DNA of 64,000 nucleotides from the human T2T-CHM13v2.0 reference genome, Homo sapiens, in assembly GCF_009914755.1 (NCBI RefSeq), contig NC_060927.1; one strand, given 5' to 3'. This document shows, one piece after another, positions 59,827 to 64,000 of the stretch. Numbering within the stretch: position 1 is the first letter of the stretch; every line of letters begins with the position of its first letter. A model generated the notes under the pieces. It did not search any database. It had not been told where the DNA came from and saw only the letters and a list, made by a program, of their open reading frames with translations. A program made the translations under genes and the position numbers.

Positions 59827-61220
59827 TAAGCTTACTAGTGAAGTTTTCAAAGTTTTAATACTAGTTAGTAAAATATTTCTAAGTTATCTTATTGTGATGA
59901 GAGAAATTTCTGTATGATACCAAGCTGTTAAAAAGTGAAATATTATGCTAGTTAGTAAACGATGCCTTTCTCATAGTAACCAACAGACTTGGCAAAACTT
60001 TTCACTGATGGTAGAGTAAGTAATGAACGTGGACCATGCTTTAGATAGGAAGAAGGAAGTTACTTCCTTTTCTGTTCTTTAATAATAAAGGAATGGAAAC
60101 TCTAAAGAAAATTATTGCATTAAGCCTAAAACCTAAAGTCTAACCTAACTACACTTATTTAATTACAATTAGCAGCATATTGTTTATAAGAATGAAATAT
60201 TTTAATAAGGTAATGTGTCTTCAACCTTGTTTATTTGATTGTATATGAAAAACAATCAAATATTGACCATTATAATTCAGAAAATTATATATGCCTAAGA
60301 GAAAAAAACATAATTGTCTTGCTATGACTGTTGGTACACTACACTACAATTAAATATTTTAAGTTCATGCATTTTAGTACAATATAACATTTTGAAAAGA
60401 CATTTGTAATTTTTATAACTAACTTCCTACTAAGAAAAGAAGGAAAGATAGAATACAAATTGCCTTACAACACAAAGTTCACTGTGATAAGAGGATCAAG
60501 GTACAATAATAAGTTTTCCTCCAATAAATTATCTGTTTTATTGCAATTATATTTGATGAAAATATTTGAACACAAAGTCCAGTTTTCAACGAACTATGAA
60601 GCATGTTTTTTAAATTAAAATACAGATATTTTAACATTCTTTAAATATGTTCTAAAATGACTTCATTTACTCATTCAACTCTTTATTGAGATCCTGCTAT
60701 TTGCAATGCCCTTTTCAGCTACTAGGCCTAAATCAGTAGGAAGAAAAAAGTATAAGGACAAAACTATGTCTGTCCTTATACTTGGAGCCTAGATTCTAAT
60801 GGTAAAGTAATAGACAACCAACAATTAACCTATTAAATAAGTATATTATATACTGTGTTAGAACACAGTAAGAGCTATGTAGAGAAATGAGTAAGAAGGT
60901 GATTGCATGCACCAGGGGATAGCATTATTACAATATTTTGTGTTTTTAAAATTAACACACATGAAAATTGCCTTTTATTGGTGTATGCTTTTCTGAGTTT
61001 AGCACAGGTATAGATTTCTGTAACCACAACTGCAATCAAGATAAGAACAATTCCAAAAACCTCAAAAAACTCTTTTGTGCTGCTCTTTTGTCATTAAATC
61101 TCTCCCTAGCCCTAAACCTTGACCAATGCCGATCTGTTTTCAATCTTTATAGTTTTGTATTTTCAGGAATGCAATTTAAATTAAATGGTACACTAGGTAG
61201 CCTTTAACACTGCCATTTTT

Positions 61221-61388
61221 GGCAGGGCATGGTGGCTTACACCTGTAATCCTAACACTTTTGGAAGACAAAGTGGGAGGATCACCTGAGTCCCAGAGGTA
61301 GAGGCTGCAGTCAGACAGTCGTGATAGCACTGCTACACTCCAGTCTGGGTATCAGTGAAACCCTGTCTCAAAAAGTTAAAAAAATAAA
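61221..61388 (+). mobile_element. Alu monomer (FAM/FRAM-like)
   Basis: Single ~150-bp arm GGCAGGGCATGGTGGCTTACACCTGTAATCC...GAGGCTGCAG...CCCTGTCTCAAAAA. Confidence 0.8.
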
Positions 61389-62120
61389 ACTGGCATCTTT
61401 TACCCAGCATATAATAACTTTGAGATTTATTCAAATTGTTGCATAGACTAATACCCTATTCCTTTGTATTGCTAAGTAATATTCCATTGTAAATAATGTA
61501 CCACAGTTTATCCATTCACCTGTTGAATTAGGTTTTGGCAATTATAAACAGAATTTCTATTAATATTTGTGTTCAAATTTTTTGGGCTAACGTAAGTCCT
61601 CATGTGTCTAAGATAAATATCTGGGAGTGGAACTCCTGGGTTTTATGGTAAGTGTATGTTTCAATTTAGAAGAAATTGTCAAACTATTTTCCAAAATGGC
61701 TTTAACATTTAGCATTCCCACTAGAAATGTTCCTTTGCTTATTCATAAAAATTTTAGAATTAGTTTGTTTATATTAACAAAAATCCTGCTGGGATGTTAA
61801 TTGTAATTTCACTAAATCTCCATGTCCGTTTGGGGAGATTTGTCATAAATACTATGTTGAGTGCATGAAAAATCCAATCCATGCACACAGTATGTCTCTC
61901 CAAGCATTTAGGTTTTCTTTCATTTCATTATTATTTCATAATTTATACAAGTATATGTTTTACATGTTTTCTTAGATCTGTGCCTTAGTATTTCATTTCT
62001 TGAAGTTATTGTAATTTGTATTGAATTTTTGTCTGTTAACCCTGTATGCTGTATCCTTGATAAATTCACTGATTTGTTCCAGGAGTTTGTTGCTTGTTTG
62101 TTTTGTTTGGCTTTGGATTC

Positions 62121-62514
62121 TGTATCATTCAAAGTTTTCCATAGAAACAAAATAACTAGAATATATATATAGAGAGATCTATGGGAGTGGCTCATGTGAT
62201 GATGGAAGGTGGCAATTCCAAAATTTGTAGGACAGGCCACCAGACTGGAAATTTGGGGGCAGGAGTTGATGATGCAGTCTTGAGGAAAAACTTCTTTTTC
62301 CTCAGCGAAACCTCAGTTTACTTTTAACACCTTTAAAATGATTGAATGAGGCCCATACACATTATCAAGAATGATCTCCCTAAATTTAAGTAAACTGATT
62401 GCAGATGTTAACCGCATCTACAAAACACCTTTACTATAAGATCTATATTAGTTTTTAAGTTAGGTACAAATCTATTTAGCCTAGCTAAGCGTACACATTA
62501 AACTAACCATCACA
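62121..62514 (-). mobile_element. MLT2 (ERVL) solo LTR
   Basis: TGTATCA...GGCTCATGTGATGATGGA...AACTAACCATCACA; 5-bp TSD GATTC at 62116-62120 and 62515-62519. Confidence 0.87.
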
Positions 62515-63067
62515 GATTCTTTGGGATTTTCTAGGTGGATAATAATATGTCATCTATAAATAAGGCAGTTATATTCCTCTTTTTCCCATCCATATAGCTT
62601 TTTATTCCTGTATCTACTGTACTGGTCAGAACTTCCAGAACAATGTTAAATAAGAATGATCAGAGTACCTGTTCTTCCTTGTTACTTATATAACATAGAA
62701 AGCATTTAATCTTTCAACATTAAGGTGACGTTAGCTGTAGAATCTTAGGTTGAGAAAGTTTCCTTCTATTTCAAATTTGTTGAGAGATTTTTATTATAAA
62801 TAGATATGGAATTATAAAATGCATTTTATATGATCATGTAATGGGTTATTGACATTTGAATATTGAATCAGCCTTGCATCCGTGAGATAAATCCCACTTT
62901 GATGAAGAGTTTTGAGGTTTTTGTATTTGTTTAGTGTATTCATTGATAGATTCAAATTTCCAACATTTTATTGAGGATTTATTTCTCTGTTCATAGTAGA
63001 TACTAGTCTTACATTTATTTTCTTTTATTCTTCAAAATTATAATTTGATATTATTTTATTTAAAAAA

Positions 63068-64000
63068 TATTTTATTTTAAGTTCCAGGGTACATGTGCAG
63101 GATATGCAGGTTTGTTACACAGGAAAACATGTACCATGGTACTTTGCTGCACCTATCAACACATCACCGAAGTATTAAGCCCACATGCTTTGGCTATTTT
63201 TCCTGATGTTTTCACAACCTGCTGACAGGCCCTAGTGTGTGTTGTTCACTTCATTGTGTCCATGTGTTCTCATTGTTCAGCTCCCACTTTAGTGTGAGAA
63301 CATGCAGTGTTTGGTTTCCTGTTCCTGGGATAGTTTGCTGAGGATAATGGCTTTCAGCTTCATTCGTGTCCCTGCAAAAAACATGATCTTATTTGTTTTT
63401 AATGGCTGTGTAGTATTCCATGGTGTATATGTACCACATTTTCTTCATCCAGTCTACCATTTGTGGGCATTTGGGTTGATTCCATGTCTTTGCTATTGTG
63501 AATGGGGCTGCAATAAACATATACGTGCATGTACCTTTATAATAGAATGATTTAAATTCCCTTGGGTATATACCCAGTAATGGGATTGCTGGGTCAAATG
63601 GTATTTCTGTCTTTAGATCTTTGAAGAATTACCACATTGTCTTTCACAATGGTTGAACTAATTTATTCTTCCACCACGAGCTGGTCTCATAAAAAAATTA
63701 GGGAATAATTATTTCTATGATTTTTCTGGTATCAGTAATAATTCTGATTGCTGTGTGGTGGTATCTCATTGTGGTTTTGATTTGCATTTATCTTATGATC
63801 TGTGATGTTGAGCTTTTTTTCATATGTTTGTTGGCTGCATAAATGTCTTCTTTTGAGAAGTATCTGTTCATGTGCTTTGCTCATTTTTTAATGGGGTTGT
63901 GTGCTTTTTTTTCTTATAAATGTATTTAAGTTTCTTATAGACACTGGATTTTAGACCTTTGTCAGATGAATAGATGGCAAAAATTTTCTCCCATTCTGGA
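63068..64000 (-). mobile_element. L1PA (intermediate age) 3' end, running off the right edge
   Basis: TTTTAAGTTCCAGGGTACATGTGCAGG...GGGTATATACCCAGTAATGGGATTGCTGGGTCAAATGG. Confidence 0.93.

Larger units (their letters stand above)
60950..63030 (-). mobile_element. Fragmented old L1M with nested insertions
   Basis: TATTCCATTGTA...TATCCATTCACCTGTTGA; AGAACTTCCAGAACAATGTTAAATAAG. Confidence 0.7.

Overview
AT-rich, repeat-dense primate (almost certainly human) genomic DNA containing the 5' part of the sucrase-isomaltase gene (SI) on the minus strand. It includes the proximal promoter (TATA, CDX/SIF1, GATA, HNF1/SIF2-SIF3), non-coding exon 1 (~27398-27336) and coding exons 2-13 (24915 to 4110). 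These exons splice in frame to 504 codons: cytoplasmic tail, signal-anchor, Ser/Thr stalk, trefoil domain, N-terminal beta-sandwich and the first half of the GH31 isomaltase catalytic domain. The gene runs off the left edge just before the catalytic Asp of WIDMNE. The remaining ~36.5 kb is upstream intergenic DNA made of Alu, L1, MaLR/ERV LTR and DNA-transposon relics and AT-rich tracts. Almost all ORF-track entries are repeat artefacts. I find no evidence of a new multi-gene system. The most interesting details are: (1) the haplotype encodes Phe15 (known hypomorphic p.Val15Phe allele); (2) a 2-codon uORF ends 1 nt before the SI start codon across the exon 1/2 junction; (3) a 5' splice site is regenerated at the exon 12/13 junction; (4) inverted Alus bracket in-frame exon blocks; (5) a 91-bp near-perfect AT palindrome; (6) several atypical retrotransposon insertions (tailless Alu with TSD, twin-primed L1, L1 with extra 3' sequence, young L1 without TSD). 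Repeat subfamily names and protein comparisons are from recall, not from a database search.
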